This document shows, one piece after another, positions 35,796 to 44,951 of a stretch of DNA of 64,000 nt (position 1 is the stretch's first letter; every line of letters begins with the position of its first letter). Under the pieces are notes generated by a model. The model had not been told where the DNA came from. It did not search any database and worked only from the letters and a program-made list of their open reading frames with translations. The stretch is taken from assembly GCA_963666505.2 (NCBI GenBank), contig CAXXXL010000002.1:26507-90506 (forward strand). Reading direction: 5' to 3'. The DNA comes from Christensenellaceae bacterium (lineage in GTDB: Bacteria > Bacillota > Clostridia > Christensenellales > SZUA-584). Position numbers and translations under genes: made by a program.

Positions 35796-36398
35796 TCACC
35801 TGTCCTTTAAAATTATTTCATCTTTATTGCGTGAAACTTTCAGTCTTTCTGCGCACAGAATGCACTCCACACTTTGCACAACGTCACTAACGTTATCGTT
35901 TACTATAACATAATCGTAGCGTTGTGCAAGTAAAGCTTCACTTTTTGCTTTGCCCAGCCTCGTCAATATCTGCTCTTCCGTATCTTTACCACGGCTTCTT
36001 ATGCGCTTCTCAAGCTCTTCCATAGAAGGCGGCAAAAGGAAAATATAAACACCTTCCGGAAACACCTGTTTTGCTTTCAGCGCTCCTTGTACGTCTATTT
36101 CAAGAAGAACGTCTCTGCCTTCGTCAAGCTTTTGCGAGAATAGTTGTGTCGGCGTTCCGTAGTAGTTGCCGTATACGCAGGCGTGTTCCAGAAACTCGTC
36201 TCTTACCAGCATGTCTTTGAACTGCTGCTCTGAAATAAAGAAATAGCTTTTGCCTTCAACTTCGCCCTTTCTTGGAGCACGGGTAGTGCAGGACACTGAA
36301 AGGTATATATCCTCGTGTCTTTTTAGCAGAGAATCGCATACTGTACCTTTTCCGGTGCCGGACGGCCCCGACAAAACAATAAGAAGACCTTTGCTCAT
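35796..36398 (-). CDS. gmk: guanylate kinase
   Basis: 200 aa. P-loop GPSGTGKGT. TTR.PR.GE..G..Y.F pattern. Confidence 0.95.
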   Translation of the reverse strand: MSKGLLIVLSGPSGTGKGTVCDSLLKRHEDIYLSVSCTTRAPRKGEVEGKSYFFISEQQFKDMLVRDEFLEHACVYGNYYGTPTQLFSQKLDEGRDVLLEIDVQGALKAKQVFPEGVYIFLLPPSMEELEKRIRSRGKDTEEQILTRLGKAKSEALLAQRYDYVIVNDNVSDVVQSVECILCAERLKVSRNKDEIILKDR

Positions 36399-36399
36399 A

Positions 36400-36660
36400 T
36401 TACTCCTCAGTTTCTATTTCTTTATCCGACAGCCTGTTTGCAACTGTTTCCGGCTGTACAGCCGAGAGGATAACATGGTCGCTGTCGGTTATTATTACTG
36501 CTCTTGTGCGTCTTCCGTATGTCGCATCGACAAGATTTCCTTTTTGACGCGCTTCCTGAATTATCCTTTTGATAGGAGCAGACTCCGGACTTACAATAGT
36601 TATAAGCCTGTTGGCGGAAACGATATTTCCAAAACCTATGTTTATAAGCTTGATACTCAT
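36400..36660 (-). CDS. remA: RemA/DUF370 family biofilm-matrix regulator-like protein
   Basis: 86 aa. [27 protein letters not shown]...[23 protein letters not shown] is the highly conserved RemA (YlzA) pattern. Confidence 0.9.
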   Translation of the reverse strand: MSIKLINIGFGNIVSANRLITIVSPESAPIKRIIQEARQKGNLVDATYGRRTRAVIITDSDHVILSAVQPETVANRLSDKEIETEE

Positions 36661-36674
36661 ATACCCTCCAAGAA

Positions 36675-37559
36675 TTATTCTATATTTTGAACTTGTTCTC
36701 TTATTTTCTCTACAGTGCTTTTGCCTTCTATTACGGCATTTGTTATATCCATATTGGAAGACTTAGAACCTATTGTGTTGAGTTCCCTGTTCATCTCCTG
36801 GACAATAAAATCCAGCTTTCTGCCTGTTTCCCCTCCGTTTTTTGATATCTGCCCAAACTGTTTTATATGTGTGTCCAGCCGAACTATCTCTTCAGTTATA
36901 TCGGCCTTATCAGCAATATAAGCTATCTCAGCATTAAATCTTGTTTCGTCGACTTCCGCACCTTCAAGAAGCTCGCTCAGCCTTAGTTTAAGCTTATCTC
37001 TGTATTCTTGAGTAATGTAATCTTTTTTTGTTTCTATGCTACTAAGAACATTCTTAAGCTGTACAAGGTATTCTTCTATGTTCTGCTTTAATTGTTCACC
37101 CTCTCGCTGTCTCATCTCGCTCAGCATGTCAAGAGCGTCTTTGAGCGCAGACTGCAGTATTGCCTGCAGAGTTTCTTCGTCTTGAGTTTCCTCCCGGACA
37201 GTTATTGCGTCAGGTATCCGTATGATATGCGAAAGAGTCAGGTCATCCTCCAGACCGCATTCTTCAGCAGCTGTTCTTGCGGAATCTACAAAAGACTTTA
37301 TAAGCCCAATATCCGCTTCTGCCTTTTTGCCGCCTATGTCCAGTGATGCGAAGTTTACGAAAACATCCACCCGGCCGCGTGAGAGCTGTGACTTAATCGT
37401 TTTTCGTATGCCTTCCTCTGCAAATCCAAGCGTTCTTGGCATCCTTATGTTTATATCAAGAAAGCGATGGTTAACTGCCTTTATTTCTATAGTTATCTTT
37501 TTTCCGTCCGTCTCGGCTTCAGCTCTGCCAAAGCCTGTCATGCTTCGCAATATATTCAT
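36675..37559 (-). CDS. yicC: YicC/YloC family stress-induced protein (putative endoribonuclease)
   Basis: 294 aa. N-terminal SMTGFGRA, C-terminal REMNRE.NTIGSK motif. Confidence 0.9.
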   Translation of the reverse strand: MNILRSMTGFGRAEAETDGKKITIEIKAVNHRFLDINIRMPRTLGFAEEGIRKTIKSQLSRGRVDVFVNFASLDIGGKKAEADIGLIKSFVDSARTAAEECGLEDDLTLSHIIRIPDAITVREETQDEETLQAILQSALKDALDMLSEMRQREGEQLKQNIEEYLVQLKNVLSSIETKKDYITQEYRDKLKLRLSELLEGAEVDETRFNAEIAYIADKADITEEIVRLDTHIKQFGQISKNGGETGRKLDFIVQEMNRELNTIGSKSSNMDITNAVIEGKSTVEKIREQVQNIE

Positions 37560-37587
37560 CCATCCTTATATTTACTATTGGCTTAAT

Positions 37588-37596
37588 ATTATATCA
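37588..37596 (-). promoter_or_regulatory. putative extended -10 (TGaTATAAT) upstream of yicC
   Basis: The minus strand reads TGATATAAT (37596-37588). No convincing -35. It lies about 29 nt upstream of the yicC ATG. Confidence 0.35.
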
Positions 37597-37603
37597 CAGT
37601 ACT

Positions 37604-37652
37604 TTTGAAAAAATAAGCGTTTTGAGCAAAAAAATCTCATATACGCTTATTT
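37604..37652 (-). terminator. rho-independent terminator ending the galU..gatB..AIR-synthase-like unit
   Basis: AAATAAGCGT (37611-37620) pairs with ACGCTTATTT (37643-37652), a 10-bp stem with a 22-nt loop. On the minus strand the stem runs into a T-tract (TTATTTTTTC). It lies 30 nt downstream of the stop at 37682. Confidence 0.6.
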
Positions 37653-37681
37653 TCTTCTGATTTCTCTTAATTGCTTTCCTT

Positions 37682-38653
37682 TTATATGGAAAACAGCTCA
37701 TCCGATGCCGGAGGAGCAAGTAATCTTGTGACTCCGCATTCTGTTACTGTGATGTCTGAGTCGGTAACTTTGCCGATTACAGCAGCGTTTATCCCTGCCT
37801 GTTCCAGCGCTTCGAGCATCTTTTTGCTGTCAGCCGCAGTGATAAGCATGCTTCCGCTGCCTATCAGCCTTTTTTCGTTTATACCAAGCGTTGTGCATAT
37901 CTTCTTCGTAACTTCCGTATACGGAATGTCGTCACCGTAAAGCACACAGCCGGTGTTTGATGCAGTACAAAGCTCGTGAACAGCTCCGTATACGCCGCCT
38001 TCTGTTACATCGTGCATCGCCGTCGCTCCTGCGCCGGCTGCAATCATCCCATCTTTTATTACGCTGAGCATTCCTTTGAGCTTTTCAATATCATCCATGT
38101 CTTTTTCAGTCAATACACTCTCAATCTCTTTGCTGTGTTCTGCTGCGATGATTACCGTACCTTCTATCCCTGCGTATTTCGTCATTATTATATCGTCGCC
38201 GGCATTGGCTCCGCCGCTGCTTATAAGCTTGTCTGTATCGACTCTTCCGATAACTGTTGTAGACAAAACGATCCTGGTCACAGCGTCGGTAATTTCGGTA
38301 TGACCGCCTATTATGCTTATGCCAAGCTCGTCCGAAGTCTTGATGAGATCATCGACTACCTTAGTGATTTCTTCTATTGTTTTTTCCGGCGGAACCAGCA
38401 TCGTTGCAAGCATATACTTCGGCTTTGCCCCGGAAGAAGCTATATCGTTGCCCGAAACGTGTACAGCAAGAGAACCTATGCCGTCGCTTGCACCCGTTAT
38501 CGGGTCTGTTGACATCACACAGGCTTCGCCGTTAAAGTCGATAGCAGCGCAGTCCTCACCCACGCCGGAGGTTAAAATAACGTCTTCTGCGGGATGAAGC
38601 TTATCGAGCACTATCTTTTTTAGCTGCTCGTTTGTAAGCTTGCCTATTTTCAT
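37682..38653 (-). CDS. AIR synthase-related protein (PurM/HypE/ThiL/SelD superfamily, function unknown)
   Basis: 323 aa. GEDCAAIDF...STDPITGAS...GSLAVHVSGNDIASSGAKP (PurM-type N domain) and IIGGHTE. No C-terminal Cys motif of HypE is present. The start overlaps the gatB stop (ATGA). Confidence 0.75.
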   Translation of the reverse strand: MKIGKLTNEQLKKIVLDKLHPAEDVILTSGVGEDCAAIDFNGEACVMSTDPITGASDGIGSLAVHVSGNDIASSGAKPKYMLATMLVPPEKTIEEITKVVDDLIKTSDELGISIIGGHTEITDAVTRIVLSTTVIGRVDTDKLISSGGANAGDDIIMTKYAGIEGTVIIAAEHSKEIESVLTEKDMDDIEKLKGMLSVIKDGMIAAGAGATAMHDVTEGGVYGAVHELCTASNTGCVLYGDDIPYTEVTKKICTTLGINEKRLIGSGSMLITAADSKKMLEALEQAGINAAVIGKVTDSDITVTECGVTRLLAPPASDELFSI

Positions 38654-40080
38654 ACTTTATCCAGTTCCTCTTTTATGATCTCGTTGACTGTTTTCGGGTT
38701 AGCCTTGCCTTTGGTTGCTTTCATGACCTGTCCTACGAAAAACGCCATTGCCTTTTTATTACCGCCATTGTAGTCCGCAACAGGTTTAGGATTATCTTTG
38801 ACAACTGTCTTGATTATGCTTCTAAGCTCATCGGTGTCGTTTATCTGGACAAGGCCCTTCTTTTCTACAATCACTTCCGGGTCTTCGCCTGTTTTGAATA
38901 CTTCCTCAAAAACTGTTTTGCCAACTGTTATGTTTATTTTACCGTCATCAATCATTTTTATCGTATCTGCCAGCTGTTTTGGTGTCACGCTCATATCTTC
39001 AGCAGAGATGCATTCGTCTTTGAGCAGACGCAGCAAGTCAGTCATTATGAAATTACTGGTCTTTTTAGGCTCATTATATATTGCTATGCAATTCTCAAAA
39101 AACTCAGCGGTATATCTCTCTGATGTTAGTATACCAGCATCGTATTCTGGCAGGCCCAGCTCTTCGATATATCTTTTTTTCTTTTCTTCCGGAAGCTCCG
39201 GCAGGCTTTTTCTGTAACCGTCTATCTGCTCATCTGTCAGTACGATAGGAACTAAATCCGGATCTGGGAAATAACGATAATCATGCGCTTCTTCCTTGCC
39301 ACGCATAGCGTAGCTCTTGCCTTTAACATCGTCAAAGCGCCTAGTTTCCTGCGTAATAGTACCGCCGTCCATTATAACCGCTATCTGACGTTTGCTTTCA
39401 GCTTCTATTGCGCTGTATACGGCTGAAAAGCTGTTTAGGTTTTTCATCTCTGTGCGTGTGCCAAGCACAGCTGAGCCTTGTTCGCGAACAGATACATTCA
39501 CGTCACAGCGAAGCGAGCCTTCCTGCATCTTGCAGTCTGAGACACCTGTGTATTGTATAATGCTCTTTAGAGTTTCTAAAAACTCCTTAGCTTCGCCTGC
39601 ACTGCGCAAGTCCGGTTCTGTTACGATCTCTATCAAAGGAACACCGCACCTGTTGTAGTCAACAGCAGTACCTGCTCCCGCCTCATGCAGCAGCTTTCCT
39701 GCGTCCTCTTCCATGTGTATCCTGGTAAGACGCACACGCTTTTTCTCGCCGCCCTCAAAGTAGTCCACATATCCGCCTGTGCAGATAGGAAGGTCGAACT
39801 GAGATATCTGGTACGCTTTAGGAAGGTCGGGATAATAATATCCTTTTCTGTCCATCTTCGAAAAGTTTGCTATTTCGCAATTTGTCGCAAGCCCTGCTTT
39901 TGCAGCGAACTCTACCACTTTCTCGTTAAGTACCGGAAGCACACCCGGCATACCTATACAAACCGGGCAGCAGTGGGTGTTCGGCTGTCCGCCGAATTCG
40001 TTTTTGCATCCGCAGAAGATCTTAGAATTTGTCGCAAGCTCTACATGGACTTCCAGTCCAATAACCGTTTCAAACTTCAT
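38650..40080 (-). CDS. gatB: Asp-tRNA(Asn)/Glu-tRNA(Gln) amidotransferase subunit B
   Basis: 476 aa. MKFETVIGLEVHVEL...KIFC...N.N..P.C.G.PG.LP. C-terminal YqeY-like tail. Confidence 0.95.
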   Translation of the reverse strand: MKFETVIGLEVHVELATNSKIFCGCKNEFGGQPNTHCCPVCIGMPGVLPVLNEKVVEFAAKAGLATNCEIANFSKMDRKGYYYPDLPKAYQISQFDLPICTGGYVDYFEGGEKKRVRLTRIHMEEDAGKLLHEAGAGTAVDYNRCGVPLIEIVTEPDLRSAGEAKEFLETLKSIIQYTGVSDCKMQEGSLRCDVNVSVREQGSAVLGTRTEMKNLNSFSAVYSAIEAESKRQIAVIMDGGTITQETRRFDDVKGKSYAMRGKEEAHDYRYFPDPDLVPIVLTDEQIDGYRKSLPELPEEKKKRYIEELGLPEYDAGILTSERYTAEFFENCIAIYNEPKKTSNFIMTDLLRLLKDECISAEDMSVTPKQLADTIKMIDDGKINITVGKTVFEEVFKTGEDPEVIVEKKGLVQINDTDELRSIIKTVVKDNPKPVADYNGGNKKAMAFFVGQVMKATKGKANPKTVNEIIKEELDKV

Positions 40081-41549
40081 TAACTCTCACCCCCTGCATA
40101 CGAAGGCTCGCCCATAGGCGGCGAAGCCTGTTCGAGCGCATATGCGGCTTTTAGCATCGTCTGCTCATCAAACGGCTTAGCAATAAGCTGGATGCCTATA
40201 GGAAGGCCGCCCGAGCTCATAGCGCAAGGTACAGACACAGCCGTAAGACCCGCTATGTTGACTGGCACTGTATAAATGTCTGTCAGATACATCTGCATCG
40301 GGTCACTTATATCGCCTGCTTTGAATGCCGGCGCAGGTGCTGTTGGTGACAGTATCAAGTCGTATTTGCTAAAAAGATCATCGAAATCTCTTTTTATGAG
40401 TGTTCTGACTTTCAAGGCTTTCATATAATATGCATCATAGTACCCGGAGCTTAGCACATAGTTACCCAGCATCATCCTGCGCTTTACTTCGTCGCCGAAC
40501 CCCTGGTTTCTCGTTTGTATATAAAGATCTTTGATATCTTCGAACTTTTCTGCACGGAAACCGTATTTAACACCGTCATATCTTGAGAGGTTGGATGTTG
40601 CTTCCGCTGACGATATTATATAGTATGCAGTAAGAGCATAATCGAATGTCGGAAGCTGTGTTTCCTCTACAACAGCACCCAGGCTTTCATACATTTTCAC
40701 TGCGGTTTCAAGCGCTTCTTTAACTTCTGAGGCAAGACCTTTGCCAAAGTATTCTTTGGGCAGGCCTATCTTCATACCTTTTACGCCGCCTTTAAGCCCT
40801 TGAGTAAAATCAGGCAGCTTCATATTTATGGAGGTAGTGTCTCTTTTGTCATGCCCGTATAGATAGTTCAGCGAAAGTGCGGCATCCTCTACCGTTCTGG
40901 TAAAGGGGCCTATCTGGTCAAGCGAAGACGCAAAAGCAACAAGGCCGTATCTTGATACTGCGCCGTAAGTGGGCTTTAAACCTACAACTCCGCAATATGA
41001 TGCCGGCTGTCTTATGCTGCCGCCGGTGTCTGAACCAAGCGCCAGCGGAGCCATCTTTGCAGAAACTGACGCCGCGCTGCCTCCGGAGGAGCCGCCAGGT
41101 ACTCTTGATATGTCCCACGGGTTTTTTGTTGTCCTGAATGCGCTGTTTTCCGTCGAAGAGCCCATCGCGAACTCATCAAGGTTAGCTTTTGCAAGCGTTA
41201 TCAGCCCCTTGCTTTTAAACCGCTCTATGACATGCGCATCGTAAGGCGGCACAAAGTTTTCAAGTATCCTTGAAGAACATGTGGTAGCTATGCCTTTTGT
41301 ACAAATATTGTCCTTTATAACAGCTGGTATACCGTCGAGTATGCTCCTGTTCTCACCTTTACTACGGCGCTCGTCCGAAGCCTTTGCTTCACTGATAGCC
41401 GTTTGGCCACAGACGGTATTTAGAGCCTCTATAACCGGGTCTTTTTCTTCTATTCTTTCAAGCAGCGACTGTGTAAGCTCTGAAGAGCTAAGCTCGCCCT
41501 TTTCAAGCGCATCAGCAGCCTGTTTCAATGTCAACTCGTATGCTTTCAA
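40080..41549 (-). CDS. gatA: Asp-tRNA(Asn)/Glu-tRNA(Gln) amidotransferase subunit A
   Basis: 489 aa. Amidase signature GGSSGGSAASV and DTGGSIRQPA. Confidence 0.95.
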   Translation of the reverse strand: MKAYELTLKQAADALEKGELSSSELTQSLLERIEEKDPVIEALNTVCGQTAISEAKASDERRSKGENRSILDGIPAVIKDNICTKGIATTCSSRILENFVPPYDAHVIERFKSKGLITLAKANLDEFAMGSSTENSAFRTTKNPWDISRVPGGSSGGSAASVSAKMAPLALGSDTGGSIRQPASYCGVVGLKPTYGAVSRYGLVAFASSLDQIGPFTRTVEDAALSLNYLYGHDKRDTTSINMKLPDFTQGLKGGVKGMKIGLPKEYFGKGLASEVKEALETAVKMYESLGAVVEETQLPTFDYALTAYYIISSAEATSNLSRYDGVKYGFRAEKFEDIKDLYIQTRNQGFGDEVKRRMMLGNYVLSSGYYDAYYMKALKVRTLIKRDFDDLFSKYDLILSPTAPAPAFKAGDISDPMQMYLTDIYTVPVNIAGLTAVSVPCAMSSGGLPIGIQLIAKPFDEQTMLKAAYALEQASPPMGEPSYAGGES

Positions 41550-41558
41550 TTATTCACC

Positions 41559-41846
41559 TCATTCAACAACTTTAGGTACTATAAAACAGCCGTTCTCACG
41601 CTGCGGAGCGTTTGATGTCAACAGCTCATTATCCATGCTGGGTGTTATCTCGTCTTTACGAAGCACGTTCTCTATCCCCTGTATATGTGCCGTCGGCTCG
41701 ACATTGTCAGTATCAAGCTCGCTCAGTTTCTGCGCCGCTTCGAGTATCTCCAGCAGGCTCTGACGGTGCATAACCTTTTCCTCTTCAGTAAGGCTTATTC
41801 TTGAAAGAGCAGCTATCTTTTCCACTTCACTTATCGGTACCTGCAT
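41559..41846 (-). CDS. gatC: Asp-tRNA(Asn)/Glu-tRNA(Gln) amidotransferase subunit C
   Basis: 95 aa. KIAALSRISLTEEE...VDT..VEPT pattern. Upstream of gatA. Confidence 0.9.
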   Translation of the reverse strand: MQVPISEVEKIAALSRISLTEEEKVMHRQSLLEILEAAQKLSELDTDNVEPTAHIQGIENVLRKDEITPSMDNELLTSNAPQRENGCFIVPKVVE

Positions 41847-41859
41847 TAAAAAGTCTCCT

Positions 41860-43653
41860 TTATTGATTTAAATCATATTCGAACGCCGCAAAGAAGTTCT
41901 GCTGCGTGTCGCTTATCTCTTTTATAAAATATATTACACCCGGCTTGTCTGACACCACGAAGTCTGTAGAGGAGCACAGCGCTAATATTTCTTTTGTTTC
42001 TGTCACTATATCATATGCGTAGAATTCATACTGATAGTCATCAACGGCATTCTGTGCACTGGACGTCGTATAGAAGACCCTGCTTTGATTCTGGGAAAAA
42101 TCAAAGTTCTCTATCTGGGTATCTTTTACAATGTAAGTTTCTACAAGCGTCCCTATATCACAGAGCTTTAGGTTGGTTGTCCTTTCTTCGCCTCCGGTAG
42201 AGTAGGACTCGAGGACAAGAATTGTCTTGCCGTCATCAGATATCTTAAAATCTACACCGGAGCAAACTTGCCTTCTTTCTTCGCCGATCTCGTAAATAAC
42301 ACCTTCCTCTGAAGCCGTCCTGTCTGCAAAGAATATCCTGCCCTTTGAAACCGCCATGCTGCCTGCTCCGCCCTGTTCTTCCTCTACTGTGAAGATGCTG
42401 TAACCTTCCCCCGTGAATTCACATCCACGAAGCTGTATCGACCTATCGTCAGAGCCAGTCATAGCGTAAAGGACATCGCTCTCGTCAGACCATGCAAAGC
42501 AGTTTGTAAGGCTGCCAAAGCCTTCTTCGCCAAGGTTTATCGGCGATGAAGTATCAAAATCGTACACATAGAGTACACTGTTTTCTATGGATACGTCAAG
42601 TATTGCAAGCTTTGTTCCGTCGTAGGAGAAAGCCGCTTCTTTTACGGAGAAGAATTCAGGCATATCAAGCTCTGTTATCCTGCCGTTAGTGTCTTTAATC
42701 CAAACTTTGTCTGAAAGAAGATAATCGTCTTGTTCCATTGACGGCTCTTCCGGCATATAGCTTCTTGCAAAAGCTATCCTGCCGTCTGCTGCGGTATCGA
42801 GGAATCTTCCGTTTTCTATGAACGCAGGTGTCTTTACCACTACGTCGTTTGCAAGTATTACGCTATAGTCGTCAAGGCTTACTCCGCTCTCGTTAATTTC
42901 GTAGTTTGGAAGAGTACTCTGCTTTAGGTAAACTACATATAGGCTCTTTGCAGGAAGTTCGCTTTCAAGTATAGGGCTACTTAGCTCAACAAAGTTTTTC
43001 GCCTCATTTTCGGTTGTAAACGGCTTGGATATTAGCAGTTTATTTGTAGTATCAGAGCAAAGCACAGGCGTCATATCTATGTTTTTCGGCCATGTGCCCT
43101 CCTGATGCTCTAAAAATGCGTCCGCTACACAATAGTAACTGCCCTGTGTTTCGGGTTCAGTCCTGCTGAGTGTTATAACAAGCTCGCCGTTGGCTTCATC
43201 TACTCTGAATTCTGCGCTGCTTAGAAGCTGAACGTACAGAACAAGAGTATCGTTCTGCGCCGGGTATTCCCTGAAAAGCCCTGCAACAAGACCTCCGAAC
43301 TCCCATGAATCTTTCGGCTGATAGTCCCAGAAGCTTATATTAGACAGCGTTATCATAAGCCTTTCAGGACTCTCGAGCATAGACACTTCATATTCCGGCA
43401 GTTTCACAAGTTTGGATTCGGGATAGCCGTTTTCACGACTGCCGCTGAGCATTGAGATAGTTATAACTATACTGCCGTTTTGCTGCGCAATATCGATATC
43501 CTTTACGTTAATGTTTTCTGCAGCTTCAACAATACCGCCGGTAGCTGTCTGCGACGGCGTTGTTGTCTCGCTGCTCTGGTCGTCGATCCTGTTGCAGCCA
43601 GTCAGCAAAACGATAATTAAAAGTATGGTTACTATAAGCCTTACTGATTTCAT
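41860..43653 (-). CDS. hypothetical lipoprotein with beta-propeller-like C-terminal region
   Basis: 597 aa. Signal peptide plus lipobox (LLIIVLLTGC). Ser/Thr-rich linker. A possible AMIN-like module (IVITISML...PERLMITLSNI..ELVITLSR). The C-terminal ~300 aa has repeated DG-x-IAF / DGTKLAILD / VLYAM / DGKTILVLE strands resembling TolB/PD40-type propeller blades. Domain calls are low confidence. Confidence 0.65.
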   Translation of the reverse strand: MKSVRLIVTILLIIVLLTGCNRIDDQSSETTTPSQTATGGIVEAAENINVKDIDIAQQNGSIVITISMLSGSRENGYPESKLVKLPEYEVSMLESPERLMITLSNISFWDYQPKDSWEFGGLVAGLFREYPAQNDTLVLYVQLLSSAEFRVDEANGELVITLSRTEPETQGSYYCVADAFLEHQEGTWPKNIDMTPVLCSDTTNKLLISKPFTTENEAKNFVELSSPILESELPAKSLYVVYLKQSTLPNYEINESGVSLDDYSVILANDVVVKTPAFIENGRFLDTAADGRIAFARSYMPEEPSMEQDDYLLSDKVWIKDTNGRITELDMPEFFSVKEAAFSYDGTKLAILDVSIENSVLYVYDFDTSSPINLGEEGFGSLTNCFAWSDESDVLYAMTGSDDRSIQLRGCEFTGEGYSIFTVEEEQGGAGSMAVSKGRIFFADRTASEEGVIYEIGEERRQVCSGVDFKISDDGKTILVLESYSTGGEERTTNLKLCDIGTLVETYIVKDTQIENFDFSQNQSRVFYTTSSAQNAVDDYQYEFYAYDIVTETKEILALCSSTDFVVSDKPGVIYFIKEISDTQQNFFAAFEYDLNQ

Positions 43654-44949
43654 TTAAGTCCTTCTTTTTTTAAAAAGTTTTTCGGCGCATCTTTCCGCGT
43701 TATATATAATTTCTTCAATATCTACTCTTTTGAACTGTCCGTTCTCATAAAGGATCTCTCCGCCTATCATTGTAAGCACAACGTCACTGTCGCTTCCGCT
43801 GTAGACAAAATTGCTTAGAAGATTTGCCTTTGGACAGTATCTTATTCCGGTTGTATCAAGTATTATAATTTCCGCCTGTTTGCCCGCTTCCAGGCTGCCT
43901 ATTCTTTTTTCCATACCAAGCACTTTAGCGCCGTTTATCGTAGCAGTCTCTACTGACTTCATTGCCGGCATTACTTTCGGGTTTTTCTTAAGTGCTTTTT
44001 GCAGCATTGCCATGTATGTCATCTCTTCCATCATGGAAAGATTATTATTGCTGCCCGCACCGTCTGTAGCACAGCTTACGTTTATTCCCATATCCAGCAT
44101 ATCGGCGACACGTGCAATGCCGCTTGCCAGCTTAAGATTGCTCTGCGGACACGACATCACACCTACGTTTTTCTCTGCCATTATCTTCATATCATCGTCG
44201 CTGACCCAAACGCAATGGGCTGCCATTACAGGAAGTTCGAGCACGCCAAGACTGTCAAGCAGAGCTATCGGTGTTTTTCCGTTTCTCCTTATACAGTCTT
44301 CATGCTCTCCCTTTGTTTCAGAAACATGGACGTGTATCCTTGAAGCAAGCTCCTGAGCCGCTTTGATTATCTTTTCAAAGGTTTGACTGCTGACTGTGTA
44401 TTCCGCATGCGGCGCGATCGACGCTTCTACTCTTTCATAATCCTTGACTTGTTCAAATAAATCCCGAGCCTCGGCCAGCCTTTCATCCACGCTTTTGCCC
44501 ATGTCTATTACTGTAGCGCCTATTACCGCCCTTATTCCGGAATCCTGCGCTGCTTTTGCGATATCGTATGAGAAGTTGTACATATCGTTCATGCACGTCA
44601 CGCCGCCTGCAACCAGTTCTGCCATGCCGAGCATGCTTCCCCAGTAAGCGTCATTTGCTGTTAAGTTATCTTCCGCAGGCCAGATCGCATTTTGCAGCCA
44701 GTCCATAAGGTCCATATCATCTGCAGCACTGCGAAACAGGTTCATCGGGATATGAGTGTGTGTATTAACAAAACCGGGGGCAATTATACCTCCGTTTGCG
44801 TCAATGACTCTGTCCGCTTCAAAATCCGGTGCTGTTTTCTGACTGCCGACATATGAAATGACTGCGTCTTTAATTTGAACACAGCCTTCATAGCAATCAG
44901 CCTTTTTGTTAGCAGTTATCAAAAAACCGTTTTTGATATAAGTATTCAT
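43654..44949 (-). CDS. mtaD: amidohydrolase, 5-methylthioadenosine / S-adenosylhomocysteine deaminase-like
   Basis: 431 aa. Metal-binding GFVNTHTHIPMN, HVSET and ATDGAGSNN motifs typical of the MtaD/DadD/TM0936-type deaminase subfamily. Confidence 0.8.
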   Translation of the reverse strand: MNTYIKNGFLITANKKADCYEGCVQIKDAVISYVGSQKTAPDFEADRVIDANGGIIAPGFVNTHTHIPMNLFRSAADDMDLMDWLQNAIWPAEDNLTANDAYWGSMLGMAELVAGGVTCMNDMYNFSYDIAKAAQDSGIRAVIGATVIDMGKSVDERLAEARDLFEQVKDYERVEASIAPHAEYTVSSQTFEKIIKAAQELASRIHVHVSETKGEHEDCIRRNGKTPIALLDSLGVLELPVMAAHCVWVSDDDMKIMAEKNVGVMSCPQSNLKLASGIARVADMLDMGINVSCATDGAGSNNNLSMMEEMTYMAMLQKALKKNPKVMPAMKSVETATINGAKVLGMEKRIGSLEAGKQAEIIILDTTGIRYCPKANLLSNFVYSGSDSDVVLTMIGGEILYENGQFKRVDIEEIIYNAERCAEKLFKKRRT

Positions 44950-44951
44950 AT

